A DNA stretch of 64,000 bases from positions 186,001 to 250,000 of the forward strand of contig NW_027272584.1 in assembly GCF_040938485.1 (NCBI RefSeq). Direction: 5' to 3'. The notes beneath the pieces are model-generated. The model did not search any database. It was given only the letters and a program-made list of their open reading frames with translations, and was not told where the DNA came from. The translations under genes and the position numbers were made by a program. The stretch's first letter is position 1. Each line of letters opens with the position of its first letter. The DNA is from Diadema antillarum. Lineage: Eukaryota. Positions 1 through 11,657 of this stretch are shown here, in pieces.

Positions 1-115
1 TACAAGAATATTGTTTCAGATAGATTTAAACGTTTTTTGTTGTTGTTATCGAGTTTTAACTCTTTTAATTTTGCAGCAAAATCCATTGGTGAAGAACTAA
101 CAAAACAGTTCCGGC

Positions 116-251
116 ATGGCTCTTCGGGCCAAGAATGACTTTTCTCAGGTGAAGGCGTACTTCTCAACTAAAGAATGGGCGGACATGAACGACTATGAGA
201 AGATGAGGTTGAAGAACATCAAAGAAAACTATGAGATGATGCGAGAAGTTG
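116..251 (+). CDS. PRDM9: PRDM9 coding exon 1, ancestral KRAB domain
   Basis: Acceptor ttgcag ends at 76, ATG at 116, donor G|gtaag at 252. [46 protein letters not shown] matches the human PRDM9 KRAB pattern (F..I..YF...EW..M...EK.R..N.K.NY). Confidence 0.93.
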
Positions 252-3200
252 GTAAGAAGCAAAGAGTGATAAGTTATGGAAGTGAAATACTAGGTGTTTC
301 AAAAAACATTTCCCACTTTTGATCATTAATAGCTCAAAAACTATTCATCCGATAAAACTGTCATTGATATAAACAATAGCTGAATAGTGTACAATTTGGT
401 TGAAGGTAATTTGAATGTGACAGCATAAATCAGTTTCATTAAATCTAAGATTGATTTTGAAGTAAGGTTTCAGATTTTGGTCAAATTTTAACCCTCTGTA
501 CAAAAATTGAACCTTGCCCAGGAACCAATGATGTGTATGTGAGTGTGTGCTGACAATGGCCCTGAACAATGGACATGCCTGAACCACCCGTTAACTAGGC
601 GTCAGTCTCTTGCTCCCAGGCACATGAATACTTAATCAATAATTCATGTGGATTGCCCTGGGCACTGCTAGTCTGGATTCATGCACGGTAAAGGGTAAAC
701 TGCATGCACATGGAAAAAGGAAGCACACGTTTCCATGTGCTTGCAAACACCACATTCCATTCCAGCTGGCAATCATTTTCAATTTTTGCTTCATATATCA
801 CTAAATTTGGGATATAGATAAGCATAAGTGATCTAAAGTTCCTCATTTTAATGCAACTGTCTACTAATTAAATAGTCTGACAAATTTTTCGCTTTTTGAT
901 AAAAAGAAATAATTTTTGGTAAAGAGTTCAGCAGCATTTATCATTGGGGCGATATGTTTCACAGTAGATTTATTTAAGGCTCCATTTACACAAGTGTATA
1001 CTCTAATTGATTTTCTTTGCTTCCTGTCACCGTGTTTACGATAGAACAGAAGGTATTCATTGTAATTTCGTTTTTCAGAAGTAGGGAGAGCACTGTCGAG
1101 ACCCAACGACAGTATCGGCAGGCGTTTGACTTTACACAGATACTGCCAGAGGCTGAATAAAGACTAGTTGTGATAGTGGAATTTCTCATGAATAAATAAT
1201 GAAGCATTCAAACCCTAACCATTGTTTAGGACCATTGTCAGGGTGTTAACCACACACTCCATACACACCCATTGACCCCTGTGCAAAGTGAAATTTTGTA
1301 CAGAGGGTTGAAAATAGAGCAAAATCTGGAACCTAACTGTGAAATTAATCATGGATTTCATGAAACTGATTTATGTTTTCATATTTAAACCACCTCCAAC
1401 CAAATTGTACACTATTCAGCTATTACTCATATCATTGACAGTGTTATCTGATATATAGTTTATGAATTATTAAGAATCAAAAGTGGGAAATGTTTTTTGA
1501 AACACCTAGTATATCTAGGGCCTAGGTAGGGCCTATAGTTCAGACAAAAGCATGACATGAACATTGGAGTCTAGATTTAGATTTTTTTTTTTTATTTCTG
1601 TAATTATAATTGTTGTTAGATCTCGAGCCATGTGTTATCATCAAAATAAAATTCATGTAAGAATACACTCATGTCACGGTATTATGTATTCATTTAAATC
1701 ATGTGACAGAATTTCGTACGGATTTGTATGTTTATTCCATGCCAGCTCTTGAATATGGACGCAAGAATAGAAGTTATAGAAGAGTAGGTCCTAGGCTATA
1801 TGTGTGCTCCCTTGTGGGTGTTGGGTTTGGGACAAGACTGTTATGGGTCAAAACTATCACAATTATATTAGTCCATCATATTCTGTTTGCATTGAAACAG
1901 TTGCAGTAGATTTATATTGTTGGCATACCGTTTTATGGATAGGTTTAGAGAAATGAAATAAAATCATCCCTCCCTTCTTTTTTTTTCATGTGTATCAAAG
2001 TTACTAGTATTATGTACGAGGGCTGCATGCAAATCAAGAGAATCTTAAGCTGTAACGTTAGCCCTGCTGTATTTTTCATTGTACGCTTATATTACTGATA
2101 CGTTTCTGCTGTACATTGCGTAAAGGCAATGAAAAAATATTCTGGTAACAAGTGTGATTATGTATTCGCATGTAGGCTACTCTGGCTCGCACAATGTATG
2201 TATGGGTGTATGTATGTTCATGTACAATGATAATACAGGAATCAATAAATCAAATCAAAATCAAATACCGTTTGTGAGCGTACATTGGTCGTTCATCAAT
2301 GAAATATCAGGACCGAAGGATCACCGCTACATTATCATACAGTGTATAGGGATTTGTTATATAGGGATAGGTATAGTGTAAAGGGATTTGTTAAGGGTTT
2401 TTGTTTCGGATTAGTTTTGTTAGTTATACAATGTAGGTCTTTTTGTCTCAGTTTCTTTGTTTCATCCATTTTCAAAGTATATCAGTCAATCGATCATACA
2501 ATTTCTTGTATTATGTGTGGGGGAATGCACCCTACAAGCCCAGCTTTTTAGCATTCCTCCCCATTTTCAGCATTTTCGTATGCTTACAATTTTCTAAACT
2601 TATCATTTATTCTTTATTATGAAATCTATGTACCAGTACTTGTATTCAATGTCAGTAATATATTTATATATTTCTGTTGGAAATAAAAAAATGGATGAGT
2701 GAATGAATGAATACAGGGAATTTGTGTTCAGGGTCTTGTTTCGCATCCATGTTTAAAATCCCGTTTCGTTTTAAACAGGACTGAATGTTCCAGCTCCAGA
2801 CTTCATGCAGAGTAGTCGAAAGAGGAAGAAATCAAGAAAAAGAGAGAGTGACAGTGAAGACGAGGAATGGACGCCTGGAGGCTGGAAGAAGAAATACACC
2901 AAACCAAGAGGTTAACGTCTCGGCTGTTCTTGTTTACAGGCTGTAATGTTTCTTCTCTTAACATGCCAGAGCATAAAGTACGTGTAGCATTGTTCCTTGT
3001 TCTGGCCAGCCATTATTTCTACTTCTCTGACTGCACGTGATAACTACTGTAATGAAATAAGGTTGCAGTTCATTATTCCGAAGGTTCGTTATTCCAAAGG
3101 TTCTTTAGTCCGAAGTTCGTTATTCCGAAGAGTCATTATTCCGAAGAGTCGTTAATCCGAAAATGTGATAAGGTTTGTTATTCCGAAGGTTCATTAATCC

Positions 3201-6200
3201 GAAAATGAAATAAGGTTCGTTATTCCGAAGGTTCGTTACGGACCTTGTTTTATTGTCGGATCAACGAACTTTCGGAATAACGAACTTTCTTAATAACGCC
3301 ACAAATATTTGGATTAACGAACCTTTTTTTTTTCATTTCGGATTTAACGAACCTCTAGTTAGACCCATAAGGAATTTGTGTGTTTCAGATTTAACGAATC
3401 TTCGGAATAACGAACAGCACCCAAAAAGTGGGTAAGATTTAAGATCTTCGGTACTGAGGGATATCGGCCTTCTACATTGCAGAATAAAGGGGATGAGTGA
3501 AAGGTCACGAGAAGCAAAAGCACGCAGAAAGATGGTGTACTCGTATTATCATGATACACTGTATATCACCTGCTTGACGTAAGACAGCAAGAAAATAAAG
3601 GTCGATATTCAACATTGTTCAACAAGGCCGAAATGTCAATAAAACGTGAAGTGTAGACATGATTTTTTGACTACTCTGCCAGAGTCTTTTTTTCTTCTTT
3701 GAAGAGCGTATGACATGACAAGGCAAAGGAAAAGGGTAAAAAGTTCAATGAATTTGCTCGGGAGTGAATAAGTTTGTTACACAACCGTTTAAATCACCTC
3801 TGTCATTGGTACATTTCCTGTGGGCATTCGTCAATGAAACATCATATCAAGGTAAATAAACGGGGAGAGCGTTTCAATTGAGTACGAGGCTGTTCTGTTT
3901 GTTAATGATTATGATTAACATTGCCTAAATATGATTTTATACAGATATTTTTTTTTCACAGAAATCTTATATTTATTTAAAAGCGCAAAGGTCACACACT
4001 GCTAAAATCAGTAGAGGCTATGGAATTATCAAGTCTCTGTTCAATCATGCCAATTAAGAATTGGTTTCTGTTAATTATATTTGGTGTTGTTCAAGAAAGT
4101 CTCTGTCAAGAATTTCCAAAGACTACTAACAGTTCAGTTGAATGTAAGGACAGGAAGTCATGCAGAACTTGTCGACATGATTTTTTTTTTTTGTCATATA
4201 CAGCGCTTACGGTCCCTTCTAGCTTCAATGTGATTGAAAAACTATATAAGTAAATTTACTGGCGAATAAACATAATATCTTTACATCGAAATAAATGTGC
4301 CATATATTGTCACTTAATATTACTCTGGGAACTGTTCCAGCAATCGTTTCTCTCATTCTAATGTAAATGTTATCGTTATTGTTTATTGACCGAGGTGTAA
4401 GTAAACCCCAAAATACATGTTATGGCTAGCGTGTTCATTTTTTCGTCTTTCTCAAATGACTTTGTGTTTAATCCACAGCATCGTTTAAGACACCCTTTAA
4501 AGCATCGCCTAGGAAGGAAAAGAAGAAAAGCTCTTGTGGAAATGCTTCAAAAGTGAGTAAAAATTAATGAAATTGTTTTACCAAACCACGAAACGGTCAC
4601 TGTACTTCGATGAGACATTTTATTCTCAACATTCTCAAGCTGAAGATGAGCTAATGAATTAGTTATAAAATCTGTATTTTGAAAAAAAATGGAAAATAAT
4701 CTGATGATAGCAATGATGTACAATATGACAGGGGGGATGTAACGGGTCAAGGAGAAAAGTGAAAAAAAAATAGATTTGATACTAATGGATTTGAATTCTA
4801 CTAGGTTTACCGGTAAGTCCTACAGTAATAGCGGTTGGTTTCATGAAAAGAAGGAACGAGACATTTTTCTTTGTGCAGAGACAACAGAAAGATCACCTTG
4901 GATAAGTAATCTAGTGCATCACGGTGTTAATGACTGAATATTAAGGTGATAGCAAGGGGTTAAAGCAAGATCTATGAAAATGTTACAAAGACTCGGGGGA
5001 AATTCAAGTTCAATGTAACTTCCTTTCGTTGGAAATTTAGAAGGCAGACTCCGCTAGATCACCCACTGGGAACCTTGGAGATCCTCTGGGCGATGGGGAC
5101 AAAACTAGGGATGGACAGATATCAGATCTTTTGGACTGGAAGGATTGCGGGGACAGGCAGGTGGAATCCAACGTTGACTCTCGGTCAAGCGCGCCTGCAG
5201 GTGACGGGACTGGTGGTCCAGCGAAATCAACCACAGAAGATACAACTGCCAGTCCTGCTCCATTCAAACCACCTGGACCAATGCAAGTGGGGCGGAAAGC
5301 AGGGCGACCATTAGGTAAAATTGATAATTACGTTGTCAAAAAACAAACAAACAAACAAAGAAAATCCCTATGAACTTTATCAGTAGCAGGCATTTATTAA
5401 ATTATGTAAATATAGAGTGCCTTAGTGTATTCAAATTAGTATAATGAAGCCATGAAATGACGCGCTGCGTTATGGGTTTTGATTCCTGTCAAATGGTCAT
5501 CTATGATCCTTCAACAAGGTCTTCAGGGCTGCCACGGTAAGAAGAAAAAAGTGCTTATAGTCGTAACTCCTTTCCTAAATATTCATTAGTTGCAAATTTG
5601 GTAATACAATACCAAAGTATACATTTTGATAATGGAATTAATGTAGACATTTACACTCCATTTCTCCGAATCATGGACATTGTTATCAGTGTACTTATAT
5701 TTTCGGTGATATTGCTGAAAATAATTTTGATGTATTCATGAAATTATGCTTAAGAAAGTAAATCACACAAGCCAACTTGGTTTGTATATTTCACAACTCC
5801 GTATCAACAATCATTAGAGCGAAATGTATATAAAAGAGAAGAACATAACAATAACATATTGAAGATCAGCATGACTTTAAGATAAGAAACATTTTTAAAC
5901 TTTTGTGAAGACAGCGCGAGCCCGTGTCTGAAAAAGCCTGAAACAACAACAAAAACAGGAATACATGAAATACATAAAATTGTTAATGATGTGTGGCTCA
6001 TCAAAGACTAAAGCAAGTATACATTGGAGCCAAGTGGATACAAAATCAAAACTGCAATGAATACAGACCGCTCAAGACTCTATTTCCTGAAATGTGTCCA
6101 GGACCTGCCTTGCGAAATGATCGCTAAGAGGACCACCATACCATTTCAGAGAACCGCACGTGCAAACCATAGATTCACGAGCAGTAAACAAACGGCTCTC

Positions 6201-9200
6201 CATTTTTAATTCTTAGAGAAACGACGCGAAACTTCGACGGCACCAGCTCCAACATCTCGTTATCCCAGAAGAGCAGTATCCAAGAAATGCTACAAGGAAG
6301 ACGACGTACCAGATGAGGATCACTACATATGTGAGTAGGCTATTCTAGTTTAGACGAAGATACTGTCACTTTTTGTTACGTTTTGTTAATAACTTGTTGC
6401 AAATATAGCAAGAATCTCTAGAATACAAGAAAGAAGGAACACATGAACAGTGAATGATTAGTAGCATACACATTGATTTTGGAATCGGGGCTTTTGGGAT
6501 TTCTCTTGAATCATTCTGCATTGTAGATAAACGAAAGCAGTTTCACTCTTTATAGATGTTAAAAAGATTCTTGTAAACGGTAGCCAGACTCGTTCTCTGG
6601 TATTTTTGATTCACATCAAGTAAAGTCTGAGGCTGCAGTGCAATATTGACATCGCTTTGTATTTGCTCTTGATGGGTTGATAACTTCGACAATATCAACT
6701 TGTCCAGAAATAATATAATTATGGCAGCAATCTATGAAAATCCCCATATAGTGATCCTTCAAAGGGCTAAAAACAACATTATTTTCCATAAAATACTTAT
6801 CAGTAGAAATTGAAGAAACTATATCCTTGCGAAATGCTGTGGGTTTTTCTTTGACAAAAAAAATATCGGCAAAACCTGCGGATCAAACAAGAGTCACATT
6901 TGATCAAGAAATATAACAGCCATCATGGCATAACCTACAATTTAAAGTTGATTATGCCATCAGTCATGGAATAGCAACATGTTATAATATATAAGTTCAT
7001 TATATTCTGTCAATTCCCGATGACGAGAACAATATTAATCACATGTGATTTAAAAAGATGAGCATTTAAGATGATCTAGGTTTACAGAGATCTCACTGAG
7101 AGTTACCAATACAAAATGCTAGTAGTTGCTTTCCTCCCCTATTGTCAGTTTGTGAAGAATGTAATGAGATATACGAAGGTGAGTGCATGAAACATCCACT
7201 GGTAATCATCCGAGACACAACCGTACCAAAGGGTTGCAAAAACAGAGCGAGGAACACTCTCCCAGGAGGCCTGGTGATCGGACAGTCTTCTATTCCTGGA
7301 GCTGGACTAGGGGTCAAAGCTACTGAGCACATACCCAAGGGCCATCGGTTCGGACCTTATGAAGGTGATATAGTGGACGCAGAGACCGGCTTCGACAGCG
7401 GATATGCGTGGGAAGTAAGTCAAGTTCATTTTTTTTTTCTTTTCAGGTTAAGTACCTCTTTTTAGCCATGTTAAATAAACATGTTGTTAAGTTAGATAAC
7501 AAAATTATGGCCCCTGTTTGAAAGTGACCGTCAATGAGAGAATGACCTCTCGTGCTTTATTTCTCCTCAGAAAATCCAGCAAAAACTAGCACAGCAGAAA
7601 TGAAACGAGGTGTAAATTATGTTCTCAAGGCACACTCGCTTTTGTGAAGATTTAAGAATAAAACAAATTCCAGGAATTTTTTTCTAGCTTTACAAACAGC
7701 TCTATTGGAATAATGCAATGGATGATTTCATAGAGCAAGACTACACCTTTATGACTGAGAAAAGAGTAAATCGAAATGCGTTTCCCTTACTTTACGAGTC
7801 TCGGGGTTTTAATGAACGTCAGTTACTGTATCTTATTATATAACGTTAGGATAGACACTCCTTAAAAAAGAATACATGTGTGTGTGAGTGTGTGTGGATG
7901 TGTGTGTGTTGCGCCTGGCTGAGTGTGCATGTTCAATTCGTTTTCAGAAATTACTCCTGCATCACTGGTAAAAGGCTTCGATGACATGCGAGCAACAAGT
8001 GTTTTGTAGATATTGCATGTATTATATAGATTTCAGCCATTTTTAGGCCCTCTCAAAATCACAAGTCAAACTAAAAACAAAGCCGAAAAACTTAAAGCTC
8101 ATTTAGAAATTGCATAGGTTTTATTCTTATTGCCTAATACCAAAATGTCAAATATCATTTGTAACATGCAAGATTTGTAAAATTCTCCTTGTTGTTAACA
8201 TAATTTCCTTTTTCAAATGTAGGTGTGTCTAGATGGCAAGCCGCATCACTACGTTGACAGTAGAAGCGAGGAAACGGGCAACTGGATGAGGTATATCAAC
8301 TGTGCCCGAAACGAGGCAGAGCAGAACCTCGTGTCTTTCCAGTACCTTGGACAGATCTACTACCGCACCTTCAAACCAATCTGCCCTGGCACTGAACTGT
8401 TGGTCTTCTATGGCGACCAGTATGCAAAGGAACTTGGAATACAGCTGCACCGCAACAAACTTAAAACCTGCACAGGTAATCTTAATTATAGAAGCTATGC
8501 TAATAAGCCAGTTTGGGGTTTCAGTTTGAGCAGGTTGGTTTTTAATTTCACTGAGATAGGCATTTGTAATGCTATGATTATTAATGGATCCTTATAACTA
8601 GTGCCTGCCAGTACATCCACCTGACAGCAAGCCTGGTATTTGGCAGTGTTAACAGAAAAAGTTTGTTAATGTGTTCAAAACAGCACAATGAAATAGATGC
8701 TTCCCAAAGTGTTGATTGACGAACCATTCTGGTCACTTCATCTACACGGGTTCATTCTTTGATAGAATACGAGTTCCATAAAATGCTATGTCGGGCAAGC
8801 AGCTGCATTATGTCGCTTTGAATTGAGTGAAGTGCCTAACCAACTGAGAAAAATGAAAGGTCATATTTGTACCCATGTGCACGTGAGCTATCTCCGAACT
8901 GGCTTACACATGTTATAAGAAGTTAGGTTCGTACCATGCAGCGATATATGAACCTTTATGTGGACATAATAATTCCTTTACTTGATTTGAGTTTTCGGGA
9001 AACTACCACTTATAATTCTTATCAACGAAACGGTATGAAAACATCAAAATGAAAGAAAGAAGGGAAACACGAACAAAATCGCACGCAAAACGTAAACCAG
9101 GCGAAATATCCTTGATCTCGTTTCACATGATATAATATGTATCTTTGATTACTTCTAAATTTACTTGCTGAATGTTGTTCGTTTTCGATCTTGCTTTGTT

Positions 9201-11657
9201 TTGCGTGAAATAAACTAATTTTTCTTACGGCAATTAGCGAATCAACTACAGTGTATAAACATAAATGTCCATCGGATTTCAACACTGGTGTCTTGGCTTT
9301 GTTTGAGTAATGACTTACACGTACTGGGTATTGAGTCATCTATTGCGAACAAATTACCGGGTTCTTTGTTATTTATGCCTCCTCCGGAGGAAAAAAAAAT
9401 AACTGAGTGTGGAGGTATTACTTTTAAATTTGAAATTTCCACTGATGATATTATGGCTAAGTGATAAACAGAACATAGATACATTTATAATCATTTGCAT
9501 GAATACAATGTTGGTGTTGTGTCAAAGCCCAAAATCATATGTAATTTTCATGTGGTTTGAAAGTAAGTCTTGAACAAAAATCTTTAGCTCCGAATATAAA
9601 TTGATAGTAACCATTACGAAGGATAGCAGCTTATCGATAATTAATGTGGATTTTGCCCAAATGTGAAATAAGATGAATTCAGTAAATGCAGAACTGCTAG
9701 TAGTTATAACATCAGTGAAGTTTGAGGAAAATTGGACAAGCCCTTCGAAGGCTAAGAACTTTTACATTTATTCTCATGTAGTGTCGTCGCTTTATAGATC
9801 AGAAAACTTCAGTAATTTGTGATTTCACAGTAGGGTAACAATACATTTCACATCATTTTCATTTCCTCTCATAATGAAGAAACGCTAAAAATGTTACCCT
9901 GGTTAATATGTTACCCTTAAAATTTATCTTTTTAGTTGGAGAAATGTGCGCTTTTCATTGATGCAAAAAATCTTGTTATTTTATAGACTTCTTTCCCGCA
10001 TTTTCTTCATAGCATTATCCTTACTTGTACAGTGACATCACAATTTGTAGCCGTCCTGTTATCTAGCAACAACAACATTAGCAATAAAAATTTATAATTC
10101 GTATGTTGATAAGATATTTTCTAGGTAATAGGGCCTACGAGATATTTTACCTCGTATGGTAGTATAGTACTATACCTCGTATAGTACTATATTTATAGTA
10201 CACTGTACTATTTTGTTACACAGGAGTGACAAGTTCATATCTCCCTAAGGTTTCAAAATGTTTTACTTTTTGTAGACCCTGGACTCTACACATGTGAGGT
10301 ATGCGGGAGAGTGTTCTCACGACCCAGGTATCTAGCCGGACATCTCAAGTACAGCCATGGTCACGTTGGGTTATTACCAGACCAAGATGCTCCCGATGCA
10401 GCCTTCTTGGCCTTTATCAATCGTCAACAGCAGCAGTGGCCTGTGCAAGGAAGCAATGGCAGACGTTCAGACGTATCATCTAAGCAGAGCCATGTCAGAT
10501 ACCCAGCGTGCAAGAAGTGTGGTCAAATGTTCCAGTCTTTAACACTATTCACACAGCACTTGACAAATCACCCTGAGGAATTGTGTAGTCTGAAGTCCAA
10601 AGTGTATGAGCAAGATGCGTCGAAGGGACGCGAAGATATGGGGCTGTTTGCACAATCTGCCAGATTATCGGAGGAAAGCCAGCGAACCACAGGAAATGAG
10701 TCCGCTTGTGATGATATCAGCACATTTCTTAAAACAGACCAAAATATCTCTAGTCCATCAAATATAAAACTTCATCAGGCAAATGGAATCAGTAAGCAAA
10801 TTTCTTCTTGTTCAAAGAAAAGCATAACCTCAAATACGAAATTTCGGAAGCACGATGAGCAGTCAAAAATGTGTGGAATCATTCAGGGTTGTGAAAAACC
10901 ATTTGCGTGTGATGTTTGTAAAAAGGCATTCAATACATCATCTAATCTCAGGATACACCAGCGTATTCACAGTGGTGAGAAACCATTTGTGTGTGATGTG
11001 TGTAAAAAGACATTCAGTCAATTAGGTAATCTCATTAGACACCAGCGTATTCACAGTGGTGAGAAACCATTTGTGTGTGATGTGTGTCAAAAGGCATTCA
11101 GTCAATTACCTCATCTCAGGACACACCAGCGTATGCACAGTGGTGAGAAACCATTTGTGTGTGATGTGTGTAAAAAGGCATTCGATACATCATCTGTACT
11201 CAGGACACACCAGCGTATTCACAGTGGTGAGAAACCATTTGTGTGTGATGTGTGTCAAAAGGCATTCAGTCAATTAGCTACTCTCAGGAAACACCAGCGT
11301 ATTCACAGTGGTGAGAAACCATTTGTGTGTGATGTGTGTCAAAAGGCATTCAGTCAATCAGCTACTCTCAGGAAACACCAGCGTATTCACAGTGGTGAGA
11401 AACCATTTGTGTGTGATGTGTGTCAAAAGGCATTCAGTGATTTAGGTAATTTCAGGTCACATCAGCGTATTCACAGTGGTGAGAAACCATTTGTGTGTGA
11501 TGTGTGTCAAAAGGCATTCAGACGATCAGCTCATCTCAGGACACATAGAAGTAAGTGCAATATTCCAGAGAAGGCTTCTTGCAGCAGGTCTGCAGAAAAC
11601 AAAATGAATTCACAGGTCAAAAACACTGTGTTACCTATTGCAGAAAAAGAGGACTAG
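116..11657 (+). CDS. PRDM9: PRDM9/Meisetz histone H3K4/K36 methyltransferase, full-length; join(116..251,2779..2910,4479..4552,5041..5314,6217..6330,7149..7414,8223..8475,10276..11657) = 2631 nt, 876 aa
   Basis: All introns are GT-AG and the phases chain (1,1,0,1,1,0,1) into one open frame. There is an in-frame TAA at 98-100 upstream of the ATG. Domain order is KRAB-like ([31 protein letters not shown]), SSXRD-like, CxxC zinc knuckle, PR/SET ([30 protein letters not shown]), post-SET C2H2, then a tandem C2H2 array. This architecture is diagnostic of PRDM9. Confidence 0.95.
290..1509. mobile_element. Non-autonomous Tc1/mariner-like element with long TIRs in PRDM9 intron 1
   Basis: TA|CTAGGTGTTTCAAAAAACATTTCCCACTTTTGA ... 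TCAAAAGTGGGAAATGTTTTTTGAAACACCTAG|TA. About 33 bp of perfect terminal IR, with diverged IR continuing for about 290 bp. TA flanks, no transposase ORF. Confidence 0.82.
2380..2712 (+). mobile_element. L2-clade (Crack/Daphne-like) LINE 3' end
   Basis: Stem-loop GGGGAATGC-ACCCTACAAGCCCAGCTTTTTA-GCATTCCTCCCC at about 2519-2562, followed by AATAAA and a (GAAT)n tail. The 5' boundary is approximate. Confidence 0.55.
2779..2910 (+). CDS. PRDM9: PRDM9 coding exon 2 (KRAB tail, basic NLS-like and acidic segment)
   Basis: ttaaacag| acceptor. Phase-1 frame [33 protein letters not shown] parallels human G-LRATRPAFM and the DSDEEWTP motif. The donor gttaac is non-optimal. Confidence 0.88.
3060..3422. mobile_element. 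Foldback-type MITE built from about 15-bp sub-repeats (GTTCGTTATTCCGAAG)
   Basis: The left half has tandem GTTCGTTATTCCGAAG variants and the right half has the reverse complement (CTTCGGAATAACGAAC). Terminal IR GGTTGCAGTTCATTATTCCGAAG / CTTCGGAATAACGAACAGCACCC. Confidence 0.75.
4479..4552 (+). CDS. PRDM9: PRDM9 coding exon 3 (linker)
   Basis: atccacag| acceptor and |gtgagt donor. Encodes [24 protein letters not shown], phase 1 to 0. Confidence 0.75.
5041..5314 (+). CDS. PRDM9: PRDM9 coding exon 4 (low-complexity linker)
   Basis: aaatttag| acceptor and G|gtaaaa donor. Open GC-richer frame, phase 0 to 1, compatible with both neighbouring exons. Confidence 0.72.
6217..6330 (+). CDS. PRDM9: PRDM9 coding exon 5 (SSXRD-like)
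   Basis: tcttag| and |gtgagt sites. [37 protein letters not shown] parallels human ...[23 protein letters not shown]. Confidence 0.88.
7149..7414 (+). CDS. PRDM9: PRDM9 coding exon 6 (zinc knuckle and PR/SET N-half)
   Basis: attgtcag| and |gtaagt sites. [16 protein letters not shown]...[19 protein letters not shown]...FGPYEG...SGYAWE. Confidence 0.96.
8223..8475 (+). CDS. PRDM9: PRDM9 coding exon 7 (PR/SET C-half)
   Basis: aatgtag| and G|gtaatc sites. [53 protein letters not shown]. Confidence 0.97.
10276..11657 (+). CDS. PRDM9: PRDM9 terminal exon (post-SET fingers plus zinc-finger array)
   Basis: tttttgtag| acceptor. [28 protein letters not shown], a second isolated finger [21 protein letters not shown], then 8 tandem fingers. 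Stop TAG at 11655-11657. Confidence 0.95.
10893..11564 (+). repeat. Coding minisatellite, 8 x 84-bp zinc-finger units
   Basis: Units start at 10893, 10977, 11061, 11145, 11229, 11313, 11397 and 11481. Scaffold GAGAAACCATTTGTGTGTGATGTGTGT(C/A)AAAAGGCATTC...CACCAGCGTATTCACAGTGGT is nearly invariant. Confidence 0.98.

Noticed and set aside
10893-11564. Ordinary KRAB-zinc-finger repressor gene
   Set aside because: The PR/SET and SSXRD-like domains between the KRAB and the array identify PRDM9.
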